A stretch of DNA of 59,252 bases from Clostridia bacterium (GCA_017619495.1 JAFZSF010000012.1:1-59252), one strand, 5' to 3'. Numbered from the stretch's first letter, positions 17,694 to 26,169 are shown. Notes: generated by a model not told the origin, from the letters alone. A program made the numbers and translations.

Positions 17694-18773
17694 TTATAGT
17701 TTTTTTTCAAATTCCGGTTTTTTATTTCTAACTGTTTCTTTAGTTAAGAATGGATAATCTCCCGAATAACAAGTTTTTTCAATATATGGTTTGACATTAT
17801 CGTAAGTTACATATTTATCTAACACAGACACAGGCAATGTGCTTAAATCCTTAACTCCTAATTTTTTTTCTAAATCTGTTTTGAAAGCATTAATTATTTC
17901 ATAGCAAAATAATGAATTATAAGATTTTTCTTTTACTGACGGTTCATCAGCAATTCCCATTAGTAAATTACCATATGCATCATTGACATGAGGTAATAAA
18001 GGCAACTTACAAGTCCCATTAAACCATTCTCTATGTTTTTGATAAATTTGAGTTATTAACTCAAACATAATATCAAAATTTTTTTCTGTGCAATACACAA
18101 GCATTGTGTCATTGCGATTATCTTTCGTATGAAATTTACAATATGGTCGATACATTTCATCATCAGGATGCATAGCACATTTCTTAAACAATTCAGTAGC
18201 TATGAAAGTTGCATTTTCTGGCGTAGTATTAATATAAATCCGTCTGTGAACTTCTTCAGGTTGTCCGAACGGATATAAATGAACAAAACCGTCAAGACCC
18301 AATTCCATATTCGCATATTTATTAATATTGTCTTTTGTTAATACCTTCATTGATCTATACATCGTTTGCAAGTATTCAAAATTTCTTCCACAGGATAATC
18401 CATCAGAACGAGAATAATGAAATGGATAATTTTTATCGTTCCGATCAGTAAGGAAGAAATTATAAGCCAGCACGGACTTTTCTTTTTGTTGGTTTGCCCC
18501 TAATTGTTGATACATAGAAAAGAATTCATTAACACCCGCATTGACTTGCTTGTGCCAATAATATGGAATCATAGTATCAGCAACATTGTGATAAAAAATT
18601 GCTAATTGCTTAACAGTTAATTCTTTTTGGGTGCCATTTGGATTATTTTGTAAAAAAAAATATTCATCTCTATGCGGTGTTTGGATACTACGCTTAATAT
18701 AATCAACAATACTTTTTTGGGTTGAATGCTGTTTGTCAGCCAATTCTATCATTTTTTTGATAATATCTTCCAT
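17694..18773 (-). CDS. hypothetical protein, possibly of the family databases label HopA1-like (from memory, unverified); cassette cargo
   Basis: The pattern RRIYINTTPENATFIATELF...KFHTKDNRNDTMLVYC...GIADEPS resembles the R.Y.N..pe.A...K.....R.D..VLY...AedP pattern I associate with that family. The start is set at MEDIIKK, 7 nt after a TATAAT. AT-rich. Confidence 0.5.
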   Translation of the reverse strand: MEDIIKKMIELADKQHSTQKSIVDYIKRSIQTPHRDEYFFLQNNPNGTQKELTVKQLAIFYHNVADTMIPYYWHKQVNAGVNEFFSMYQQLGANQQKEKSVLAYNFFLTDRNDKNYPFHYSRSDGLSCGRNFEYLQTMYRSMKVLTKDNINKYANMELGLDGFVHLYPFGQPEEVHRRIYINTTPENATFIATELFKKCAMHPDDEMYRPYCKFHTKDNRNDTMLVYCTEKNFDIMFELITQIYQKHREWFNGTCKLPLLPHVNDAYGNLLMGIADEPSVKEKSYNSLFCYEIINAFKTDLEKKLGVKDLSTLPVSVLDKYVTYDNVKPYIEKTCYSGDYPFLTKETVRNKKPEFEKKL

Positions 18774-18821
18774 CAGAAAAATTATAAACTTTTTCAAAAC
18801 AAAAAACAATAAATAATAATT

Positions 18822-18863
18822 TGGCAGTTAAACGTGTGCTTGTAAACAAGCGACGCACTTTTT
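18822..18863. repeat. right-end internal module (copy 2)
   Basis: TGGCAGTTAAACGTGTGCTTGTAAACAAGCGACGCACTTTTT. It matches 4486-4507 plus 4561-4587 and contains the palindrome GCTTGTaaACAAGC. Confidence 0.7.
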
Positions 18864-19045
18864 CTTTTCTTCGTTTGTTAGCGTAAACGGATATTCTTTG
18901 TTGTCAAGGTTAAAGTGAATATCTAACAATTACAAAATTTATACTAATCACGGTAACCTATGACAACGGCAGAAGTATCCGTTTAACAGTTTTAACAAGG
19001 GCAAAAGAAAACACCCTAACCAATTTGGTTAGGGTGTTGATTATT

Positions 19046-19071
19046 CTGCTAGTTTCAAAAGTCAGTGACTA
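19046..19071 (-). repeat. right-end repeat copy D (inverted terminus)
   Basis: The reverse complement is TAGTCACTGACTTTTGAAACTAGCAG. Going inward it is followed by the hairpin CACCCTAACCaaattGGTTAGGGTG (19007-19037). Confidence 0.8.
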
Positions 19072-19143
19072 TGATTGGGCTTTTGCTGATTAAAATTTTA
19101 TGCAGTGGTGGTCGTAGTGGACTGGTTGGCGTGAGCTAAATAT

Positions 19144-19398
19144 TTAACAAAGCGGGCAGCAAGGCGCTGTTTGATACGGTTGGTTAGTGAACGGAAACGC
19201 GGTAGGGCGTGGGGTACGAAAAAGGTTGGGGGTACGAAAATTATCGTCAAAATCGGGGCCAAAACCAAAACGGCGACGGCTGAGCAGGGCGTATAAGATT
19301 AACAGGATAGCGGTATTGTTAGCAAGGTTAATATTACAGTTGCGGGTGTAGCACCATAAGGCAATCAGGGCGACAATTAAATTACGATTTGAATTCAT
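19144..19398 (-). CDS. small membrane protein with a Cys-rich C-terminus (84 aa)
   Basis: SD (aaggag) upstream, two hydrophobic segments, an RRRFGFGPDFDD linker and a tail ending APCCPLC. Second gene of a two-gene operon. Confidence 0.6.
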   Translation of the reverse strand: MNSNRNLIVALIALWCYTRNCNINLANNTAILLILYALLSRRRFGFGPDFDDNFRTPNLFRTPRPTAFPFTNQPYQTAPCCPLC

Positions 19399-19409
19399 AT
19401 TTACTCCTT

Positions 19410-19979
19410 TTAATAAATTTTTCCGCGTGGGAAAAGCGGTTGGGTTAAGAAATTTTGCGCTTCGTTGTATTGGTTGTTTTCAACATTATTGACGGGGGCG
19501 TAACCATAACACGGGATTAGCAGGTCGCTGACGGCGGTGACGCGTACCAGGATTTTAGTGGTAAGATAGTTTAAAGTTAGCGTGTCCACAGTGGCAGTAG
19601 CACTGGCAAAACCAATGGCGCCCTCGGCGGTAATTGTATAGGGAAAAGCCGTGGGTTCAGGGATAAATAAAACGATGTTAAGATTTTTGGTTACACTGGT
19701 ATAAGTTTGGAATTGCGTGGCGTTAGCGTCGGTTATTGTTGCTGTAATAGGAATCGTGACTGTTGCCGTGACGCGAGCACAATGGGTGTTACCGTCGAGT
19801 GGAGTTATCACAATGTTTGTCATTTGTGTTTCGGTAGCGTTGGCTTGGACGCTTTGTACGGTAAATGGCGCAGTAGCGGTTGGTGGGATAGTGCCAACTG
19901 AAATCGGCAGTTGAGCATCTTGCGTCATAACCATCGCGCTATCCAAAACACGCGGTACAGAAATCACAACACGGTTCAT
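19410..19979 (-). CDS. hypothetical T/A/V-rich beta-type protein (189 aa)
   Basis: SD (aaaaggaga) upstream and a low-charge Thr/Ala/Val-rich sequence. No family recognised. Confidence 0.6.
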   Translation of the reverse strand: MNRVVISVPRVLDSAMVMTQDAQLPISVGTIPPTATAPFTVQSVQANATETQMTNIVITPLDGNTHCARVTATVTIPITATITDANATQFQTYTSVTKNLNIVLFIPEPTAFPYTITAEGAIGFASATATVDTLTLNYLTTKILVRVTAVSDLLIPCYGYAPVNNVENNQYNEAQNFLTQPLFPRGKIY

Positions 19980-20032
19980 GTTCTGTTCTCCTTTTATGTG
20001 CTTTATTTATGCGCCTAATAATTTTTGTGTGA

Positions 20033-21100
20033 ATGGAAGATAATAAGGTGATGAAAAAGTTTTTTTGGCGATTAAGTGCATTGGTGTTGGCGACAATTTT
20101 GTTGGCAGGTTTTTTTGCGGTCATTTGGTTGGCAAGTACCCGCGTAACTGCTTATGTTAATGCTGCAACTATAGGCGAAACTTCGGCACGCGCCATGTGC
20201 ACAATGGATGTGGCTACGGGACGAGTTTTGTTTACACATAATCCCGACCAGCCAATGGGTATGGCATCAACAACTAAGGTAGTGACAGCGTTGACAGTGT
20301 TGGAAAATTGTGAAGATATTGACACAAAAATTCGCGTTGCCGATGAGGCCATCGGTATAGAAGGTAGCAGTATTTATTTACAGAAGGGCGAACAGCTGAC
20401 AGTGCGTGAGTTGCTGTACGGGTTAATGTTACGCTCGGGCAATGATGCGGCAGTCGCATTAGCCTTGGCGGTAGCGCCCAGCGTAGCCGAGTTTGCGGAA
20501 TTAATGAACCAAACCGCGCAAAAATACGGCGCTAAAAATACGCATTTCGTCAATCCGCACGGCTTAGATGATCCTGACCATTACACGACGGCGCGTGACT
20601 TGGCGATGCTAAGCGCGGTTGCTCTGCGTAATCCCACCTTCGTGGAAATTTGTTCTGCCAAAGAAAAACGCATTGATGGTGTGGACGCACCGCGTTTGTT
20701 AATTAATAAAAATAAATTATTAAAAACCTTAGATGGTTGTATTGGTGTAAAAACTGGTTATACCAAAAAAACGGGGCGTTCCTTTGTGGGGGCGCGTGAG
20801 GTCGATGGACAAAAAATCGTTTGTGTGGTTTTGAATTGTGGTCCCATGTTTCCGGAAACGGTACAATTATTAAAGGACGCCGACGCGTTATATCATAACA
20901 AGCCGGTGTTAACGGCAGAACAGACCTTTGTTGACCAATACGGAGTGAAGGGGTTGGCTCTACAAGATTTCAGTTACCCGATGACCACCACTGAACACGA
21001 ACAAGTTGAAATGACGATTGTGGAAAATACGGTCTTGGTAAAATTGCACGGTGAAACCATTTACCATGGTGATTGTGTAAACTTAGGTATGGGGAATTAG
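20033..21100 (+). CDS. D-alanyl-D-alanine carboxypeptidase (serine type, PBP5/DacB-like)
   Basis: SxxK (ASTTK), SGN (RSGNDAA) and KTG (KTGYT) motifs behind an N-terminal signal-anchor. An alternative start is at 20051. Confidence 0.9.
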   Translation: MEDNKVMKKFFWRLSALVLATILLAGFFAVIWLASTRVTAYVNAATIGETSARAMCTMDVATGRVLFTHNPDQPMGMASTTKVVTALTVLENCEDIDTKIRVADEAIGIEGSSIYLQKGEQLTVRELLYGLMLRSGNDAAVALALAVAPSVAEFAELMNQTAQKYGAKNTHFVNPHGLDDPDHYTTARDLAMLSAVALRNPTFVEICSAKEKRIDGVDAPRLLINKNKLLKTLDGCIGVKTGYTKKTGRSFVGAREVDGQKIVCVVLNCGPMFPETVQLLKDADALYHNKPVLTAEQTFVDQYGVKGLALQDFSYPMTTTEHEQVEMTIVENTVLVKLHGETIYHGDCVNLGMGN

Positions 21101-21103
21101 GTC

Positions 21104-21132
21104 TTGAAACCCTAGTTCATATGTGTTATATT
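21104..21132 (+). promoter_or_regulatory. sigma-A type promoter ending 5 nt before the ATG (leaderless candidate)
   Basis: TTGAAA, a 17-nt spacer including TGt, then TATATT. The ATG is at 21138 and there is no SD. Confidence 0.55.
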
Positions 21133-21137
21133 TAAAC

Positions 21138-21722
21138 ATGAATAAAAAACAAGCTGCGGAAATTATTTCCGTCTTGCCAGATAAATTAGGACGGCAGGTT
21201 GTTAAAATTACGTTGGAGCCGAACAAGGATTTAGGTGAAACGGCTCGTGCGGTTTTAATTGTTTACGGGCAAGTGTTTGAACATTCACACGGGATTAATG
21301 ATAATCCAGAATCTGAAATGTATTTAGATGTGACGGAAAACATACAGAAAGGTATCACGAAAATGCAGATCCCGAAAATTGCGGGTGAAAACTCACCGAC
21401 AGAATTAAAAGAACATTCTGCCCAAGGTTTTCAGATTATTTTAGCAACTAAGAAAGGACAAGCGCCGGGATTGTGGCAAGATTTCAGTAAGGATTTTGTT
21501 CAGTATTCGAATAAGATGCGCTTTGGTTGTTCGAAAACTGGTGATCAATTTAACTTGATTTCACTTGGCTCGCTAGAAAAAGAAGAATTTGTTGTTTATG
21601 ATACCAAATCAAAACAAATTAGTTATTTGGGCGAATGTAAAGACTGGCGCAACAATGTTCAAGCCGAAGCAAATTTGAATGAATTATTGCAACTGAAAAA
21701 AGATTTAGGTTGTGAAATGTAA
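21138..21722 (+). CDS. hypothetical protein (194 aa)
   Basis: ORF following the promoter above, with a terminator hairpin (AAAAACACCCagacGGGTGTTTTTT) after the stop. No family recognised. Confidence 0.55.
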   Translation: MNKKQAAEIISVLPDKLGRQVVKITLEPNKDLGETARAVLIVYGQVFEHSHGINDNPESEMYLDVTENIQKGITKMQIPKIAGENSPTELKEHSAQGFQIILATKKGQAPGLWQDFSKDFVQYSNKMRFGCSKTGDQFNLISLGSLEKEEFVVYDTKSKQISYLGECKDWRNNVQAEANLNELLQLKKDLGCEM

Positions 21723-21752
21723 GATTATTAAAAACACCCAGACGGGTGTTTT

Positions 21753-22217
21753 TTAATAAATGATTTTGTCGGCTTTTTGTTCGTATTTTTGAAATAATTC
21801 TAAGCATGGTTCGTAGTCAATTTGAATCATGCGTTTTTTTAATTGTTTATCTGAAATGGAAAGATATTTGTAAAAAACTTCATCGCGGAAGCCGATAGCG
21901 TCATTGTCGGTAACGCTGCAACCGTAATAAATTTTGTTGATGTTCGCCCATAAACAAGCACCAAGACACATTGGGCACGGCTCCGCAGTTGTATAGATGT
22001 CCGCGCCAGTTAAATCAAAACTGTTGAGATGTTTACAAGCGTCCTGAATGGCGGCAATTTCGCCGTGGTAGGTCGGGTCTAGGTCTTTAACAACTTGGTT
22101 ATGACCGGAACCGATAACTTTACCATCTTTGACAATTACGGCGCCAAAAGGACCACCATGTCCCATGGCAATACCAAGTTCGGCTTCGTTAATCGCTAGT
22201 TTCATGTATTGATTCAT
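21753..22217 (-). CDS. CMP/dCMP-type zinc deaminase (guanine deaminase / nucleoside deaminase family)
   Basis: HGE ... PCPMCLGA zinc-binding motifs. The N-terminal part of the track ORF (to 22367) overlaps a tRNA gene, so the start is set at MNQYMKLAINEA. Confidence 0.85.
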   Translation of the reverse strand: MNQYMKLAINEAELGIAMGHGGPFGAVIVKDGKVIGSGHNQVVKDLDPTYHGEIAAIQDACKHLNSFDLTGADIYTTAEPCPMCLGACLWANINKIYYGCSVTDNDAIGFRDEVFYKYLSISDKQLKKRMIQIDYEPCLELFQKYEQKADKIIY

Positions 22218-22316
22218 TAGTAAAATATAGTACAAGACATAAAAAGTGTCACCAATTTTTTGTGGTGTAATAAACCAGATGGACAGTTGGTAAAGTAGTG
22301 TTTTGCGTAACAAAAT

Positions 22317-22393
22317 TGGTGCGAACGAGAGGATTTGAACCTCCAAAAATGCGCTTCTGAGACGCACGCGTATGCCAGTTCCGCCACGCTCGC
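22317..22393 (-). tRNA. tRNA-Leu (CAG), 77 nt, with a short 5-nt variable loop
   Basis: The minus strand reads GCGAGCG TG GCGGAACTGGCATACGC G TGCGT CTCAGAA GCGCA TTTTT GGAGG TTCAAAT CCTCT CGTTCGC A CCA. It has a Leu-type D-arm and A73. A TTGACA/TATGCT promoter lies upstream. Confidence 0.8.
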
Positions 22394-22485
22394 ATGTGGT
22401 ATAGCATAAATCATTTCGACCGCTTTGTCAAAACTTGTGTGAAAATGCGTTTGTCAAAAAGTGTGTTTATGTGTAATTTATAACT

Positions 22486-25062
22486 GTGGTATTAAAACGC
22501 ATTATGATGAATGGCTTTAAGTCGTTCGCCGACAAAATCGAAATTGATTTTGGCGCGGGTATTACGGGTATTGTCGGCCCCAATGGGTGCGGCAAAAGTA
22601 ATGTTAGTGATGCGATTAAATGGGTATTGGGAGAACAGAGTTACAAGGCTGTGCGTGGCGGATCCATGCAAGATGTGATTTTTAAGGGAACGGCTAACCG
22701 CAAAATGCAATCGTACGCCGAAGTGGCGTTAGTCTTTGATAACCATACTCATGTGTTTGAAATTGATGAAAGTGAAGTAACAATTTCGCGTAAGTTGTAT
22801 CGTGATGGTGAAAGCGAGTATGCTTTGAACGGACAACCGACGCGTTTGAAAGATATTAATAATTTGTTACATGACAGCGGTATTGACCGTGACGGTTTAA
22901 CAATTATTAGTCAAGGGCAGGTCGCGGATTTAGTTTCCGCTAAGCCGGAAAATCGCCGTGGAATTTTTGAGGAAGCCGCGGGCATTGCTAAGTTCCGTGC
23001 GCGTAAAGATGAAGCTGAGCGTAAGTTAGATCGTACAAGTCAAGAGTTAGTGCGCGTAAGTGATGTCTTAGCGGAAATTGAACGCAATTTAGGGCCGTTA
23101 ATGAAGCAAGCCGAAAAAGCGCAAAAGTACTTACAATTAAAAGAAGAATTAAAGCATTTAGAAATTAATTTGTTCATTTATAAATACGACCATGTCGCGG
23201 AAGAAAAGGCTAAAGCCCAAGCCGAAGCCGATAAATTGGATAAAGAACTGAAAGCATTGCAAGGTCAATTGGAAATGATGGACCGCGCGAGTGCGAATGG
23301 CATGCAAGAACTATCTGCGCTGGATAAAAAAGTGGCAGAATTGCGCGACCAAATTTTGGCATTATCTTTAGATAGTCAACGCCAAAGCGGCGAACAATTA
23401 TTATATCAAGCGACGGCGGATAGTTTGCACCAAGCCGAACTGCAACGCGAGCAATTACTGTCGAAAAAACAAATGATTGCCAATATTATTGATTCGGGCG
23501 AAGGTTTCAAATTCAGTGTGAAAAAGCTAATTGAAGAACGCAATCGTAACAGTGCGGTAGCGCGTGCGATTGTGGGTGTGGTGTCGCAAGAGTTGACGGT
23601 ACCGTCAGAATTAGAAACTGCGATTGAAATGGCGTTGGGGGCGGCAGCACAGAATGTGATTACCCACGATGAAGAAGACGCCAAGGAATTAGTGCACTTA
23701 TTAGCGAGTAAGAACTTAGGACGCGCCACATTCTTGCCGATTACCGCGGTTAAAGCACGCGACATTAAACCCGAAGAACGCGCAATTTTGCGCGGTATGG
23801 GTAAGCGTGTTTTGGGTGTCGCTAGTGAATTAGTTGAGTATAAACCGGAAATTGCCGGTGTAATTTCAAATTTATTAGGACGGGTGATTGTTTGTGATAA
23901 TTTGGACTCGGCAATCGCATTGTCGCGTCAGGCTCATTATGCTTTCAAAGTGGTCACCTTGGACGGTGATATCATTGAACCGCGTGGTAGTATTACCGGC
24001 GGTAGTAAAAACTCAGTAACCAATACTTTATGGCATACGAATAACTTAAAACAAATTGAAGCACAATTAGTTGAGGTCGATAAAAATATTGCCACCTTAC
24101 GGGAAAAACTGAGTCAATTAAAAGTTGATACTAAGGACAATCATCTAAGCGAAGCCCAAAAGCAATTGGAACATTTAAAAGACGAATTGGCGAAAACGCT
24201 TGCGGAACGCGATAATTTACACTATGCCACGGGTACTTCGGTTTCGGGTCGTACCGAGTTGTCAGAGCAGATTAATACTTTGCAAGTAAAATATTATTAC
24301 GCAACCAATTTGTTAACCCGCATGGACGCCGAAATTGAAAATTTAAGTCAGCGTATTGCCGATGAATATAATTTGAATTACAGTGCTTGTTATGAACAAC
24401 GCGATCCGGCGTTTAATCTTGAAACCGCTGAACCACGCGTTGATGAATTACGCCGTGCGATTCAACATCTGGGCAATGTTAACTTAGATGCAATTGAACA
24501 AGTTAAAACTGACAGTGAACGCTACGAAAGTTATAAAGCGCAAAGTGATGACTTGTTTGCGGCGAAACAAGATTTGGAAAAAGTCATGCGCGATTTGTCG
24601 CAACAAATGGAAAAGAACTTTAAAACGGCGTTTGAACAAATCAACAAAAACTTCGGCACTGTGTTCCAAGAATTATTTGGTGGCGGCAGTGCAAAGTTGG
24701 TTTTAACCGATGAAGAAAATTTCTTGGAATGCGGTATTGATATTATCGCTGAACCGCCGGGTAAGAAATTGGCTAACATTTCGTTAATGTCGGGTGGGGA
24801 AAAGGCTCTGACAGCGATTGCGATTTTGTTCGCTATCTTGAAATATAAAACGATGCCATTCTGTTTACTTGACGAAATTGAAGCGGCTTTGGACGATGCT
24901 AATGTTTCGCGCTTTGCCAGTTACTTGCATCGTTTCTCGGGTGAAACACAATTTATCGTGATTACGCACCGTAAACCGACAATGGAGTTGGCGGACCGTC
25001 TGTACGGTATTACCATGGAAGAGAAGGGTATCAGTAAGATTGTATCGGTCAAATTGGCATAA
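22486..25062 (+). CDS. smc: chromosome segregation protein SMC (short, 858 aa)
   Basis: GTG start giving MVLKRIMMNGFKSFADK. Walker A is GPNGCGKSN, the hinge spans about aa 340-505 (GRATFLP...GGS), the signature is LMSGGEK, and Walker B is LLDEIEAALD. Confidence 0.9.
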   Translation: MVLKRIMMNGFKSFADKIEIDFGAGITGIVGPNGCGKSNVSDAIKWVLGEQSYKAVRGGSMQDVIFKGTANRKMQSYAEVALVFDNHTHVFEIDESEVTISRKLYRDGESEYALNGQPTRLKDINNLLHDSGIDRDGLTIISQGQVADLVSAKPENRRGIFEEAAGIAKFRARKDEAERKLDRTSQELVRVSDVLAEIERNLGPLMKQAEKAQKYLQLKEELKHLEINLFIYKYDHVAEEKAKAQAEADKLDKELKALQGQLEMMDRASANGMQELSALDKKVAELRDQILALSLDSQRQSGEQLLYQATADSLHQAELQREQLLSKKQMIANIIDSGEGFKFSVKKLIEERNRNSAVARAIVGVVSQELTVPSELETAIEMALGAAAQNVITHDEEDAKELVHLLASKNLGRATFLPITAVKARDIKPEERAILRGMGKRVLGVASELVEYKPEIAGVISNLLGRVIVCDNLDSAIALSRQAHYAFKVVTLDGDIIEPRGSITGGSKNSVTNTLWHTNNLKQIEAQLVEVDKNIATLREKLSQLKVDTKDNHLSEAQKQLEHLKDELAKTLAERDNLHYATGTSVSGRTELSEQINTLQVKYYYATNLLTRMDAEIENLSQRIADEYNLNYSACYEQRDPAFNLETAEPRVDELRRAIQHLGNVNLDAIEQVKTDSERYESYKAQSDDLFAAKQDLEKVMRDLSQQMEKNFKTAFEQINKNFGTVFQELFGGGSAKLVLTDEENFLECGIDIIAEPPGKKLANISLMSGGEKALTAIAILFAILKYKTMPFCLLDEIEAALDDANVSRFASYLHRFSGETQFIVITHRKPTMELADRLYGITMEEKGISKIVSVKLA

Positions 25063-25364
25063 CATAATTGCATTGAAAAAGACGCAATCAACCAGCGTCT
25101 TTTTTGTGATGTGTTAATAGTCGAATTGGCGAATTTTGATATCATTAACAGTTCATTAACCATAAATTTATAACGAACGGAAAATTAGACTTGTAAGAAT
25201 TTAACGCTTATTATTTTATCAAAAAGATTTTTAACGCCATCAAAATTATGCTATTTATTTTAAGTTAACTTATAAGGTCTATCTTGATGAAAATGCATGG
25301 TGTTGTTAGATAGAAATTCTATTTCTATGTGTGTTTAATGGTAGTGATAAAGAAACTCAGTTGA

Positions 25365-26084
25365 CTAGCATATGTTTAGTGCGACTACATTACGCTGGAT
25401 AAGTTTATAATACGGACCAAAGAATTTTAAGTTGATCCCGTCGTATCTAATATATGAACCATTTGGTAAAGCGTAAATTAAATGTTTATCACTGTATGGT
25501 AAGATATAATCTTGAACTAAATTAGGGAAATCGGTATGGCCTTGATAAGTTAAAGTTTTACCGTCAAAATGCGGAATTAAGATTAAATCGACAATACCTA
25601 ATCCTTTAATAAAGCGTGGTTGAGCAAGTTCTTTTTCGTGTTCTGGAAAATTACAAATTATAGGGGTTAAACACATTGATGCCGCTGAAACTGTAATCAC
25701 AATACCACTGTAATTTTTAATTAATTCGTGGAAGTAAATTTGTTGCAAAAATTCTAATTGCCTAAGAATTTCGCCGCCACGCATAAAAATTAAATCAGCA
25801 TTTTGAATTAATGTTGCCGCTTGGTCACGAGTGCGATTATCTAAGACTTTGATTTCGTCAAATTTTTGATTGGTCATAACGAACGCTTGTCCTAAAACTT
25901 GCGCGACATTGTCGTTATCGGTATAATCACTAGGATCATTAGCAATAATTAATAGGCGTTGGTATCTGGTGATGTGTCGCTTAATTAAAGTTAAGATTCC
26001 ATTTTCATCGGGGATTTTACAAGGAATGCGTGTGCAATTTTCGTCTTTAACACAATACTCAAATTTGCTAGTAATTAAAAACAT
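25365..26084 (-). CDS. peptidase S51 (dipeptidase E-like) family protein
   Basis: MFLITS N-terminus, then ADLIFMRGGE..RQL, VSAASM and IPHFDG, consistent with the S51 Ser/His layout. AT-rich. Confidence 0.55.
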   Translation of the reverse strand: MFLITSKFEYCVKDENCTRIPCKIPDENGILTLIKRHITRYQRLLIIANDPSDYTDNDNVAQVLGQAFVMTNQKFDEIKVLDNRTRDQAATLIQNADLIFMRGGEILRQLEFLQQIYFHELIKNYSGIVITVSAASMCLTPIICNFPEHEKELAQPRFIKGLGIVDLILIPHFDGKTLTYQGHTDFPNLVQDYILPYSDKHLIYALPNGSYIRYDGINLKFFGPYYKLIQRNVVALNIC

Positions 26085-26169
26085 TAATTGATTATAAATC
26101 TTGTCAAACAACTTTCAAACAATTTTTAACAAAAAAGTCGGCATTAGTCGACTTCTTTTTGTTTCTAAT

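Larger units (their letters stand above)
17636..19071. mobile_element. candidate 1.4-kb cassette with the same inverted termini, inside a second split terminator hairpin; cargo is a 359-aa ORF
   Basis: Starts TAGTCAATGCATTTTGAAACTAGCGG and ends CTGCTAGTTTCAAAAGTCAGTGACTA. The flanks AAAAAAGCCCAAACA and TGATTGGGCTTTTG form a hairpin. No transposase is present. Confidence 0.45.

Noticed and set aside
18652-18660. An A9/T9 run inside the 359-aa cassette gene, considered as a frameshift-type phase-variation site.
   Set aside because: Nine-residue A/T runs are common in AT-rich coding DNA (here it encodes FFL). The frame is intact, and there is no evidence of a truncated alternative product. It is noted only as a minor possibility.
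22217-22414. A 65-aa ORF, and the N-terminal 50 codons of the deaminase track ORF, that cover the tRNA-Leu(CAG) gene.
   Set aside because: The region folds into a complete tRNA with promoter and CCA. The deaminase domain begins at MNQYMKLAINEA, so the extension is read-through of non-coding DNA.
25117-25140. ATAGTCGAATTGGCGAATTTTGAT after the smc terminator, which loosely resembles the cassette terminus ATAGTCAATGCATTTTGAAACT.
   Set aside because: Only ATAGTC and ATTTTGA match, GAAACTAGCGG is absent, and the adjacent smc terminator hairpin is intact. This is most likely chance similarity in AT-rich DNA, or at best a highly decayed copy.
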